Assembly: GCA_040879805.1 (NCBI GenBank)
Contig: JBBDJP010000001.1
Span: forward strand, 66,173 to 130,172
Direction of reading: 5' to 3'
From: Candidatus Pacearchaeota archaeon
GTDB taxonomy: Archaea; Nanobdellota; Nanobdellia; Pacearchaeales; GW2011-AR1
Length of the DNA: 64,000 nucleotides
A model generated the notes under the pieces. It made no database searches, was not told the DNA's origin, and saw nothing but the letters and a program-made list of their open reading frames with translations. This document shows, one piece after another, positions 28,137 through 37,341 of the stretch; the first letter of the stretch is position 1; every line of letters begins with the position of its first letter. Position numbers and translations under genes: made by a program.

Positions 28137-29579
28137 CTATTTAACATACTTTTTAATAATTTCCATGGCCTTTTTCCCTTCAACCTTCCCTCTAAACTCC
28201 TTCATAATTAAACCCATGTATGCTTTGCGAGAAAGCCCAGGCTTATCTTTTAATATTTTGAGAATTTTTTCTTCCAAATACTGAGATTCTAGACTTTCAA
28301 CCTCAACAGCTTCTTTATGGCTCTTACCCTTTACAATTTTTTTCATAACATATTTCAGCTGGTTCTCTGAAAACTTTCCTTTTTTCATGCTTTCAAAAAG
28401 ATGGACAAAGACATCCTTATTTAGAATCTTTTCAACATTATCTAATGAAATATTTTCTCTTGATGAAATTTCTTTAGGAAAAATTAAAAGAGCTTTACCA
28501 ATTAAATTAGGATTATTACAAACGCTAAGTAATTCCTTAAACTCATCAATTTTTCTTTGTTTTAATAACAATGAAATTAACTCTTTATTCAAACCTTTTT
28601 TCTTTAATTCCTCCCTTGCTTCTTCACGAAGTTTAGGAAGGGTCTTCTTTGATCGATCAATTAATTTTCTTGATATCTTTAGAAGAGGTAAATCAGTTTC
28701 AGGATACATTCTTTCAGAACCTGGTAAAGGACGTAAAAACTTTGACTCTCCATTCTTCAAGACCTTCCTAACCTCAGGTCTACTTTTTTCTTTCTTAACA
28801 AGTTCTATCTGTCTTTTAATTTCAACCTTCATTGCTTTTTCAATATTCATTATATCTTGAAACCCTTTTAATTCAACCCTCATCCCACCATCAATTGAAA
28901 GATTTACATCCTGTCTGATTGTTCCTAAACCTCTTTTAACATCACACGATCTCAAAATCTCCCCAATTTTCAAAGCAACTTCTTTCGCTTGTTCCGGTGT
29001 CTTTATATCTGGTTTTGTAGCAATTTCGATTAAAGGTATCCCAAGCCTATCTAACCTAAAAATTCCTTTTTCTTTATTGATAATTCTTGCAGAATCTTCT
29101 TCAAGACAAACAGAATCAATAGCTACTTTTCCATTACTTGTTTCAATATAACCTTCATTGGCTATGAGAACAGTTCTCTGAAATCCTGATGTATTGCTTC
29201 CATCTACAACTGTTTTTCTCATTATCTGGGTGATTGGAATTATCTTACAATTAAGGATAAGTGCTATATGTAATCCTATGTTCAATGCTTCCTTATTTAT
29301 CTCATGTGGAGGTTCTTCATCCAACTCGACCAAACAAGTAGTTTCATATCCTTGGTAAGTAAACTCTCTCTCAAAAGATGCCTCATAGGAAGCTGCAACA
29401 TCCACCTCTCCAGACTCTCCAGGAACTGCATGAAGTTTTCTTTTGATTATAAAATCAGGATTATCTTGCCTTAAAACAGAAGGGCAGTCACAAAAAAGCT
29501 TGCTCGTATTTAATTGTTGATGAATTTCCAAACCGCTTTTTAATCCAATTTTTTTGTAATCTAAAACTTCTTTAACCAT
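28137..29579 (-). CDS. gatE: Glu-tRNA(Gln) amidotransferase subunit E
   Basis: GLEIHQQL, CLVELDEEPPH, DGSNTSGFQRT, RGLGTIRQDVN, RMYPETD. Confidence 0.96.
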   Translation of the reverse strand: MVKEVLDYKKIGLKSGLEIHQQLNTSKLFCDCPSVLRQDNPDFIIKRKLHAVPGESGEVDVAASYEASFEREFTYQGYETTCLVELDEEPPHEINKEALNIGLHIALILNCKIIPITQIMRKTVVDGSNTSGFQRTVLIANEGYIETSNGKVAIDSVCLEEDSARIINKEKGIFRLDRLGIPLIEIATKPDIKTPEQAKEVALKIGEILRSCDVKRGLGTIRQDVNLSIDGGMRVELKGFQDIMNIEKAMKVEIKRQIELVKKEKSRPEVRKVLKNGESKFLRPLPGSERMYPETDLPLLKISRKLIDRSKKTLPKLREEAREELKKKGLNKELISLLLKQRKIDEFKELLSVCNNPNLIGKALLIFPKEISSRENISLDNVEKILNKDVFVHLFESMKKGKFSENQLKYVMKKIVKGKSHKEAVEVESLESQYLEEKILKILKDKPGLSRKAYMGLIMKEFRGKVEGKKAMEIIKKYVK

Positions 29580-29623
29580 AGAAAAAGAAAAAGAAAAAGA
29601 GTTTATTAAATTAATTGAAAATT

Positions 29624-29962
29624 CTAATGAAGATATTCTTGAACAAACTCATAAAGAGGATTTTTTAAAGATTCTCCCAAACGCTGAGCAAAAATTTGAT
29701 CTTTTGAAAGAGGTGAAAAAAGAACACAATCTCCTCTTTGATAATCTGAATAATTATTTAGCTGTCTTTTAACTTTTTTCATTAAAACAGAAGAAGGTGA
29801 TGTTTTGACTTCTCCATTAATTTGTATCTCTCCTTTTATTGCAACAATATCTATTGAACCTTTACCTCTTGGTAAAGAAACTTCATTTAAAACATTAAAT
29901 CCTTGTTCAATAAAAAAATCAGAGATTTCTTTAACTAATTTTGAATGGTTTTCTTCTGTCAT
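29624..29962 (-). CDS. Small PD-(D/E)xK nuclease-fold protein
   Basis: H...V, NEV, IDIVA...GEVKT...QL..Y. Confidence 0.7.
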   Translation of the reverse strand: MTEENHSKLVKEISDFFIEQGFNVLNEVSLPRGKGSIDIVAIKGEIQINGEVKTSPSSVLMKKVKRQLNNYSDYQRGDCVLFSPLSKDQIFAQRLGESLKNPLYEFVQEYLH

Positions 29963-30030
29963 GATTATTAATTTCTTTCCTTAAAATAAACTCAATTGTA
30001 TTTCATCTCATCGAATGTCTTTTTATTTTT

Positions 30031-30837
30031 TTACTTTATTGAACAGACTACTTTATCTAGAGAATCATTTAATTTTCCTGCCATAAATGTATAAAATCCT
30101 TGCTCGCCGCCTGTTGAACCATTACATATTTCTCCACTAGACTTCAATCTTTTCCAATCATAAACTGCTTTATCAAGAAAATCAAAATAAGTGTATCTCT
30201 CTCCAGAATTGATTATTGGTGTAGGAATTCCATTAAAATCCAAAATAATATCTTGAAGTGTTCTTGAAGTTCTTCCATTTCCATCCTGAAAAGGATGAAT
30301 TCTTACGAGATGTAAATGTGCAAAAAAGGATGCAAGTATTTGACTAATTTTGTCAGGATATTTTAGTTTTTTATTTAATGAATCTACAAACCAAGGCATC
30401 TCTTTCTCTCTAACCTTATAGGGGTCTGGAGGTGTTGTAGTTGCTCCAAGAATCCTAGTTCCAGAATCTCGGTAATTTGCCAAACTTTCACTGTAAATTT
30501 CAGGAGTTATTCTAATAGATAATTCTTTGATAAAATCCTCATTTACCTCTCCTTTAAAAAATTTTTTCCCCCAATTAAATGCATTTTCTATATTTTCAAC
30601 ACCTTCTTTAATTGTTTGTTTATTACAATTTCGAGGAATAGAATAACTTGATCCTGAATTGGGATATTCTATCCTAAATGACTGATATTGGGCTGCTTTG
30701 AGAATTTTATTATCTAATATCTTTCCTTTTTTTAGAATTGATTCTGGAGACATCCTTCTTTCTAAATAATTTAACTTTCTAGATATCTCTCCCAATAAAC
30801 CTTTTTCAACATATTTCATAATAAAAAGACTATTCAA
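30031..30837 (-). CDS. Fic-domain protein
   Basis: Canonical HPFQDGNGRTSR motif; the true start may be a downstream ATG (MKYVE). Confidence 0.92.
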   Translation of the reverse strand: MNSLFIMKYVEKGLLGEISRKLNYLERRMSPESILKKGKILDNKILKAAQYQSFRIEYPNSGSSYSIPRNCNKQTIKEGVENIENAFNWGKKFFKGEVNEDFIKELSIRITPEIYSESLANYRDSGTRILGATTTPPDPYKVREKEMPWFVDSLNKKLKYPDKISQILASFFAHLHLVRIHPFQDGNGRTSRTLQDIILDFNGIPTPIINSGERYTYFDFLDKAVYDWKRLKSSGEICNGSTGGEQGFYTFMAGKLNDSLDKVVCSIK

Positions 30838-30882
30838 ACATTTTTAAACCTTTCTCTTTTGTAACTCCTTTTAAGTCATAAA

Positions 30883-32154
30883 TTACTTCTCAAGCCTATT
30901 TGAAAGTTCTCCAGAAATATTTTGAATCATTTTTTCTTTAACCTTTTCAGGATTTTTTATCCATTTTTTATGTGCCAAAACCCATCCAAGTTTTACTAAA
31001 GCTGTTTCTGAAAGCATGTCTTCAAGAAAAATAACTTCTGATTCAAGAAGTTTCCTCCCACTTGAATAAACAAACGGATCTAGCCTGCCATAAATTGTTT
31101 GTGCGGTTGCGCAAAAGAAAATTCCTTTTTTTGCAACCTCTTTAATTTTCTTTATCCATTTTTTTGAAGGAACATGACCAAGACCAAAGACTTCAAGAAC
31201 AATTCCTTTATACTTTTTTTTAACATAATAATCTAGAATATCTGGATTTTGACCAGGATAAACTTTTACTAAAGCAACTTTTTTTTCAAATTTTAAATCA
31301 ATTTTTGTTTTTCCTTTATTTCTAATATTATAATCTGAAATAACATTTACCCTATCTGTATACACTTCTGCAAAAGGTTTACCATTAACAACCTTAAAAG
31401 CATCTCTCTTTGAACTGTGAAGCTTCCTAGTTTTTGTTCCAGGTAAGGCATTGCAATAATCATCATTTGTTGTTGCATGGCCTACAATCATGACTTCTGC
31501 TATATCAGATATTGCGGCAAGTGCAGAACATTGAAGATTCAAATTTGCATCTGAAGATGCTCTATCAATACTTCTCTGGCTATATGTTAAAACAACTGGT
31601 TTTTTTAAATCTCTTAAAAAAAATGAAAGAGCTGCAGAGGTATAATGTAGAGTATCAGTTCCATGAGTTATTATAATTCCTTTAATATTAGGATCATTCA
31701 AAAGATTTTCAGCTGAACGGGCAATTTTCTTCCAATCAGAAGGACCCATATCTTCAGAAGGTTTCATGAAAGGAACTTTGACTTTGACTACATTAACTTT
31801 CTCAAACATCTTTGGATAAAATTTGAAAAGATCTTTAGGTTCAGTCATAGGATCAACGCCCCCAGTCTTAGAATCATATTTTGAAGCAATAGTCCCTCCT
31901 GTAATTATCATTGCAATATTTGGTTTTTTAGAATCTTTTTTTACTTCAAAATCTTTCTTTTCAGAAGATATTTTTTTTAAAAATTTTATATCTAGAATTT
32001 TTTTTCTATCAAAACCAATATTGTAACCTGAGTCAAGCTTAAGTAAAATTATCCCTTTTTCAGATTTGGGAACTTCTAAAAGGACTCCTTTATAGTTTCT
32101 CTTAACCAAAGAAATTTCAACATAATCTCCAGGAGAGGGTTTTCTTGATTTCAT
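30883..32154 (-). CDS. gatD: Glu-tRNA(Gln) amidotransferase subunit D
   Basis: KLDSGYNIG, TGGTIAS, HGTDT, SQRSIDR.SSD, GLGH. Confidence 0.96.
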   Translation of the reverse strand: MKSRKPSPGDYVEISLVKRNYKGVLLEVPKSEKGIILLKLDSGYNIGFDRKKILDIKFLKKISSEKKDFEVKKDSKKPNIAMIITGGTIASKYDSKTGGVDPMTEPKDLFKFYPKMFEKVNVVKVKVPFMKPSEDMGPSDWKKIARSAENLLNDPNIKGIIITHGTDTLHYTSAALSFFLRDLKKPVVLTYSQRSIDRASSDANLNLQCSALAAISDIAEVMIVGHATTNDDYCNALPGTKTRKLHSSKRDAFKVVNGKPFAEVYTDRVNVISDYNIRNKGKTKIDLKFEKKVALVKVYPGQNPDILDYYVKKKYKGIVLEVFGLGHVPSKKWIKKIKEVAKKGIFFCATAQTIYGRLDPFVYSSGRKLLESEVIFLEDMLSETALVKLGWVLAHKKWIKNPEKVKEKMIQNISGELSNRLEK

Positions 32155-32195
32155 GCATAAAAGACATAACAGACATATAAAAAGTTATTGTGAAA

Positions 32196-32267
32196 TGGGT
32201 CTGCCAGGACTCGAACCTGGATCAACGGGGCCGAAACCCGTCATTCTATCCATTGAACTACAGACCC
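32196..32267 (-). tRNA. tRNA-Arg(UCG)
   Basis: GGGTCTG/CAGACCC acceptor, ACGGG-TTTCGGC-CCCGT anticodon arm, TTCGAGT T-loop. Confidence 0.93.
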
Positions 32268-32328
32268 TACAAAATTAACAAAAAGAAACAATAAAAAGGT
32301 TTTTATTTGTTATTATGTAAGATTAATC

Positions 32329-33171
32329 ATGCCTCTGAAAAGACACCATAAGTGGGTGATTGGAAGTTTTAGTTCTTTTGTTGTAGTTGCCCTTATAGTT
32401 CTTGCAATATTGCTAAATGGACTTATTGTTAAACAAAACACCGATTACAACAATTTAAATGATAAAATAGATGAACTTCAATCAAATATACAAAGTCAGA
32501 TAAATTTATTGTCAGAATCTATCTCAGACACTCAAATAGGTCTTGAGGAAAGCCAACAAGAGCTAAGTGTTTTGAAAGCTTCAATAGGAGAAGATTTTTC
32601 AGGAATATATTCTAATTCTGTTGAGTCTGTTGTCATAGTTTCAACAAACACTGGGCAAGGAACAGGATTCATAATTAATGAGAAAGGATACATTGTCACA
32701 AATAACCATGTTTTGAAAGGTGCAACCAGGGCAGGAATTTATGATTCTGAAGGCAATCTTTATGATGTATCTCTAATTGGAAATGATGAGTTCATGGACA
32801 TTGCACTCTTAAAAATTAACGGAAATTTTGAAAAACTAGAATTAGGAGATTCAGATAATGTCAATGTAGGCGAAAAAGTAATTGCAATAGGAAATCCTTA
32901 CGGACTGGTATTTTCCGCAACAGTTGGTTCTGTCTCTTCAGTGCACCGTGAGGGGCCAAATGGAATATTTGCATATACTCAAATTGATGCTGCAGTAAAT
33001 CCCGGTAACTCTGGAGGACCATTAATTAACAATAATGGAGAAGTTATAGGGGTCGTAAATTTTAAAATAAGTGGGGAGGCAGAAGGACTTGGGTTTGCTC
33101 TAGAATCAAATTATGTTAAAGACACAATTAATGAAATCTATAGAAATTATGCAAACGAGACCTTAATTTAA
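32329..33171 (+). CDS. Membrane-anchored trypsin-like (HtrA/S1C) serine protease without PDZ domain
   Basis: TM plus coiled coil; GTGF, TNNHV, DIALL, AIGNP, NPGNSGGP. Confidence 0.92.
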   Translation: MPLKRHHKWVIGSFSSFVVVALIVLAILLNGLIVKQNTDYNNLNDKIDELQSNIQSQINLLSESISDTQIGLEESQQELSVLKASIGEDFSGIYSNSVESVVIVSTNTGQGTGFIINEKGYIVTNNHVLKGATRAGIYDSEGNLYDVSLIGNDEFMDIALLKINGNFEKLELGDSDNVNVGEKVIAIGNPYGLVFSATVGSVSSVHREGPNGIFAYTQIDAAVNPGNSGGPLINNNGEVIGVVNFKISGEAEGLGFALESNYVKDTINEIYRNYANETLI

Positions 33172-33196
33172 TAAACTAAAAAATCCAACTAAATAA

Positions 33197-34621
33197 ATGG
33201 CAAAAAACAAAGAAGGATTGACTGTAAAAAAATCAGAAGATATTTCTGAGTGGTACACTGAGATAATCCAAAAAGCAGAACTTGCAGATTATGCTCCTGT
33301 AAAGGGTTTTATGATAATAAGACCTAATGCATATTCAATTTGGGAAAAGATTCAAAAATATTTTAATGATGTTTTAAAAAAACTCGAAGTAAAAAATGCA
33401 TATTTCCCTCTACTAATTCCAGAATCATTTTTCAAAAAAGAGGCAGAACATGCTAAAGGTTTTTCTCCTGAATTAGCTTACATAAAAAACTCTGGAAAGG
33501 GAGAAAAACTGGCACTGAGACCAACCTCTGAGACTATCATATATGATTCCTATTCAAAATGGATCAGATCGCACAGAGACCTTCCCTTAAAAATTAATCA
33601 GTGGTGTAATGTAATAAGATGGGAGGTTAAACAAACAAAACCTTTCTTAAGAACCCGTGAATTCTTATGGCAAGAGGGACATAATGTTTTTGAAACAGAG
33701 AAAGAAGCAGAGAAAGATATGACAAAAATGATTCATGAATACAAAAAATTACTTGAAACGCAACTTGCAATTCCAGTTCTTACAGGATTAAAATCAAATT
33801 CTGAAACTTTTGCAGGAGCAAAAAAAACAATGACTATTGAAGCTTTAATGCCTGATGGAAAATGCCTACAATGTGGAACTTCTCACAATCTTGGACAGAA
33901 TTTTTCAAAATCATTTAAAGTTTCCTTCAAAAATGAAAATGAAGAGGACCAATATGCTTGGCAAACCTCTTGGGGATTCTCAACGCGACTTATAGGTGCC
34001 TTGATAATGATTCATGGAGACGACAAAGGTCTTGTCTTACCACCAAAAGTTGCAGAAAATAAAATTGTGGTAGTTCCAATTTTATTTGAAAAAACAAAAT
34101 CTAAAACTTTGAAAAAAGCTAAAGAAATTTCAAAGAAACTTAAAAAATTCAATCCTTTTTTAGATGATCGAGAAGAATATTCTCCAGGATGGAAATTTAA
34201 TGAGTGGGAATTGAAAGGTATACCTTTAAGGATAGAAATTGGTCCAAAAGACATTGCAAATAAACAAGTAGTTGTTGTTAGGAGAGATACTGGAACAAAG
34301 GAAATTGTAAAAGAAAGAAACTTAAAAAATAAAATTCCTGAAATTTTAGAAGAAATACAAAAATCACTTTTTAAAAAAGCTAAAAAATTCCTTGATGAAA
34401 ATATAGTTGAAGCAAATTCCATTAAAGAATTAAAATCAAAAATAAAAGAAGGAAAAATTGTGAAAGCTTACTTTTCAAACAATAAAGAAACGGAAAAATT
34501 GATCAAAGACTTTACTGATGGGGCCACTTCAAGAATTGTTAAAGAATCTACAAAATTAGGTAAATGTATTCAAACAGGTAAAAAAACAAATACTTTAGGA
34601 TATTTTGCTAAAAGCTACTAG
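33197..34621 (+). CDS. proS: Prolyl-tRNA synthetase (archaeal/eukaryote-like)
   Basis: LRPTSE, RWE..TKPFLRTREFLWQEGH, QCGTSHNLGQNF, terminal KSY. Confidence 0.97.
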   Translation: MAKNKEGLTVKKSEDISEWYTEIIQKAELADYAPVKGFMIIRPNAYSIWEKIQKYFNDVLKKLEVKNAYFPLLIPESFFKKEAEHAKGFSPELAYIKNSGKGEKLALRPTSETIIYDSYSKWIRSHRDLPLKINQWCNVIRWEVKQTKPFLRTREFLWQEGHNVFETEKEAEKDMTKMIHEYKKLLETQLAIPVLTGLKSNSETFAGAKKTMTIEALMPDGKCLQCGTSHNLGQNFSKSFKVSFKNENEEDQYAWQTSWGFSTRLIGALIMIHGDDKGLVLPPKVAENKIVVVPILFEKTKSKTLKKAKEISKKLKKFNPFLDDREEYSPGWKFNEWELKGIPLRIEIGPKDIANKQVVVVRRDTGTKEIVKERNLKNKIPEILEEIQKSLFKKAKKFLDENIVEANSIKELKSKIKEGKIVKAYFSNNKETEKLIKDFTDGATSRIVKESTKLGKCIQTGKKTNTLGYFAKSY

Positions 34622-34669
34622 AATAGCATATGCTCAACTAAATGAACTTAATTTAAAATGCAAATTTTA

Positions 34670-34801
34670 TCAATCTTTTTGTCTGATTGCAAGTTCAAGT
34701 TCATATTCAAGATTCAAGGTGATTTCCACAAGTGAACTAAGTTCTCTTTCCACCTCTATTCTCTCTTCATGTTCCAAAGGGATTTCTGTTATGCTCTCCA
34801 T
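34670..34801 (-). CDS. Candidate 43-aa acidic helical microprotein (not in the ORF track)
   Basis: MESITEIPLEHEERIEVERELSSLVEITLNLEYELELAIRQKD*. Confidence 0.45.
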   Translation of the reverse strand: MESITEIPLEHEERIEVERELSSLVEITLNLEYELELAIRQKD

Positions 34802-34830
34802 TTTTGAAAACCCAACTTAAAACAAAATTC

Positions 34831-35009
34831 TTCCGAAACTTAAACTAATTAGAATAATCTCAATTCAATCCAAGTTTCGGGAAAAATTACTTGAATTAAA
34901 TTGAGTAAGTTTTAATTTTTATGAATGCCAGCTTAACTGAGACCATATTAGGCAAACTCCAACATCTATTCATATTCCTAAAGTTGTCTTCTAAACTTCC
35001 AGCATTCAT
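34831..35009 (-). ncRNA. Candidate structured RNA or leader
   Basis: Inverted repeats ATGAATGC/GCATTCAT (34921-35009) and CCGAAACTT/AAGTTTCGG (34833-34880); TATA box about 25 nt upstream on the minus strand. Confidence 0.3.
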
Positions 35010-35076
35010 AACGACTTGAAGAAAAAACTCTTTTTATATATTTCTATTCTAAGTAATCATTTTTGAGTGAACAATT

Positions 35077-36132
35077 CTATCTCTTAGATGATTTAAGAAT
35101 AGATTCAATATTTTCTTTGAATCTCTCAATATCTTTTGCTTTTATTTGTCCCCCAACAGCATCTTCATGGCCTCCCCCTCTAGCACCTTCAATACCTTCA
35201 ATTGCCTTGACAAGAACATTCCTACACTTTTTTCCCCTCATAGAAATATTCCCTTTAATTCCTTTAACATATATTACTGCTATAATCTTTTTAGGGAAAA
35301 AATAGCTCAACTTGTTCGATAAATCTCCACTCATACTCATATCTCCACCATATTTAAAAAAAATAAATTTTTTATTCTCTCTTCCAATTGAAATTGCCTT
35401 ATCAAAAATTTTCTGAAACTTCAAATCTATCACTTTAAATCTTTCATGCATTGTATGGTTCTTTGTATTTTCTTCAAGAGCGTCATAAGGATTTTTTGCA
35501 TCAATTAAGAATCTTATCATATTCATTACATTAGTTGTTCTATCTTTTAGACCAAATCCAATCATTCTTGCAATTTTTCCAATTTGAGATTTATAAAATA
35601 TATCTAATGGGTCTTTTGATTTAACAACAAGGTCGGGATATTTCTTTTCAAAATTTTCATAGAAATCTGGGACAAACTTATCTGAGATACATCCTGCAAC
35701 CGCAATCCACATATCTTCCTTTCTTCCTGAAATTTGATAACATAATGCAGTAACAGGTTCTTCTTTTTTTGGTTTGTTAAAAATAGGATTATAATAATTG
35801 ACAAAAGAGGGAACTAAGTTTTTATCAATCTCATGATGATCTATCCAAACAATTGGAATGTTGATCTTTTCAGCCTCTTCAAAGAATTTTTCAGAAACAA
35901 CTGGTTTATCTAAAATGAAAATATAGTCTGAATTGAATTCACTTGCTTTTGATAGATAATCTTTAGACAAATCTGGAAAGGATTTAATTGGAACTCCCTT
36001 CCCCCTACCTATATATTTACGAAGTAAAAGGAAAGAACATAAACCGTCTTGATCATTATCAAAAAGAAAAAGGGGGTTTTGAGCCTTACTCAAATGTTCC
36101 TTAATCTCCTGGACTTCTTTTTTTGTGAGCAT
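35077..36132 (-). CDS. DHH/DHHA1 family phosphoesterase
   Basis: DNDQDG, ILD, WIDHH, SMR, GGGH. Confidence 0.9.
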   Translation of the reverse strand: MLTKKEVQEIKEHLSKAQNPLFLFDNDQDGLCSFLLLRKYIGRGKGVPIKSFPDLSKDYLSKASEFNSDYIFILDKPVVSEKFFEEAEKINIPIVWIDHHEIDKNLVPSFVNYYNPIFNKPKKEEPVTALCYQISGRKEDMWIAVAGCISDKFVPDFYENFEKKYPDLVVKSKDPLDIFYKSQIGKIARMIGFGLKDRTTNVMNMIRFLIDAKNPYDALEENTKNHTMHERFKVIDLKFQKIFDKAISIGRENKKFIFFKYGGDMSMSGDLSNKLSYFFPKKIIAVIYVKGIKGNISMRGKKCRNVLVKAIEGIEGARGGGHEDAVGGQIKAKDIERFKENIESILKSSKR

Positions 36133-36167
36133 TTAATAAAGGATTCAGAGAAGTATTTAAGTTTAAT

Positions 36168-37289
36168 CTAAATTTTCTTTCCCATCAGAATTTTTTCTTT
36201 TAGATTTTTTAGGCTCTTTAAAAGTGAATCAACAAAATTTTCATTCTTAAAAACAGATTTCAAATCTTCTTTATCCAAATTAAAAATATTATCTAATGTT
36301 TTGAATTTTTCTAGAAGAATTTTTATATCTTTTTCAAGTATGTTGGTTTTATTGAGGATTCTCATACCTCTAGGAGAAACAGAACTATCATGGAGCTCGT
36401 CAAAAAGAACTCGCAAAACATTTGAAGTTTCAACAAGAAAATCAAAATTCATATTATTTAAAGTTTCATTTACTTTTAGATGATCTTCACCAAAATAATC
36501 TCTCAAAATTGATTTTCTTTCGTTAGATAAATTTTTAGTAAGTTCCTTTAATCTCATACTCACAATAGTTCCTTCTTTACCTAGTTCAGACAGGTACTCT
36601 TTAACTTTCTCAGATATTCTTCTTATCATTTCAAGAGTTTGAAGAACATTACAAACATCACTCATAGTAGTCAAATTGGTTATTTCAAGTATGTTTAAAT
36701 GTGACGAAAGGTCATTAAAAACTTCTTTCTGTTTCTCCAGAATCTGTAAAGTTTCAGCAGCCCTCCTCAAAATTTCAGAAGTTTCTTCAAGATAATAATT
36801 TTCATCTTTAAAATAAAGGGTTATTTTGTTCTTTCTTTCTGAAACTGCAACTGAAATAGTATCAAATTGTTTAGCTGTCCTCTCCGCTGCCTTGTGCCTT
36901 GTCCCAGTTTCACTAGTCTTTATCTTCATATCTGGTGCCAAAAGCGTGTTCGCATAAAGAATTTTTTTCATATCTTCTGAGATTATTATTGCTCCATCCA
37001 TTTTAGCAAGCTCCACAAGTTTCTGGGAACTAAATTTTGAATTAATTTTAAATCCTCCTTCAACAATATCTAAAAGACCCTCTTTTTTTATAACAATCAA
37101 CGCCCCCATCCTTGCCCTGAGTATATCATCAAGCGCAACTCTTATCGAGGATCCTGGGGAAAAAAACTTTAAGACATCAAAAATATTTTTTTCACGTGAC
37201 ACTTCTGCAGATTCACTTAATTTCTCCTTTGATTTTTGATTTGTATCTTTTTTTCTTAGAACAACTTCTTGACTAGATTTCTTTGTCAT
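36168..37289 (-). CDS. disA: DisA-type diadenylate cyclase (DAC, linker, HhH-like C-terminus)
   Basis: PG...R..LD.I......GALIV, ELAKMDGAII, ETGTRHKAAERTA, VSER, LEKQK linker. Confidence 0.9.
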   Translation of the reverse strand: MTKKSSQEVVLRKKDTNQKSKEKLSESAEVSREKNIFDVLKFFSPGSSIRVALDDILRARMGALIVIKKEGLLDIVEGGFKINSKFSSQKLVELAKMDGAIIISEDMKKILYANTLLAPDMKIKTSETGTRHKAAERTAKQFDTISVAVSERKNKITLYFKDENYYLEETSEILRRAAETLQILEKQKEVFNDLSSHLNILEITNLTTMSDVCNVLQTLEMIRRISEKVKEYLSELGKEGTIVSMRLKELTKNLSNERKSILRDYFGEDHLKVNETLNNMNFDFLVETSNVLRVLFDELHDSSVSPRGMRILNKTNILEKDIKILLEKFKTLDNIFNLDKEDLKSVFKNENFVDSLLKSLKNLKEKILMGKKI

Positions 37290-37341
37290 AAAAAATTAAA
37301 TAGATTGGAATATATAAATATTTATGAAAAATTTAGAAATA

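Noticed and set aside
34921..35009. tRNA-Sec, degenerate tRNA or ydaO riboswitch
   Set aside because: The ends pair over 9 bp, but there is no T-loop consensus, no credible anticodon arm and no ydaO conserved motifs; kept only as a generic structured-RNA candidate.
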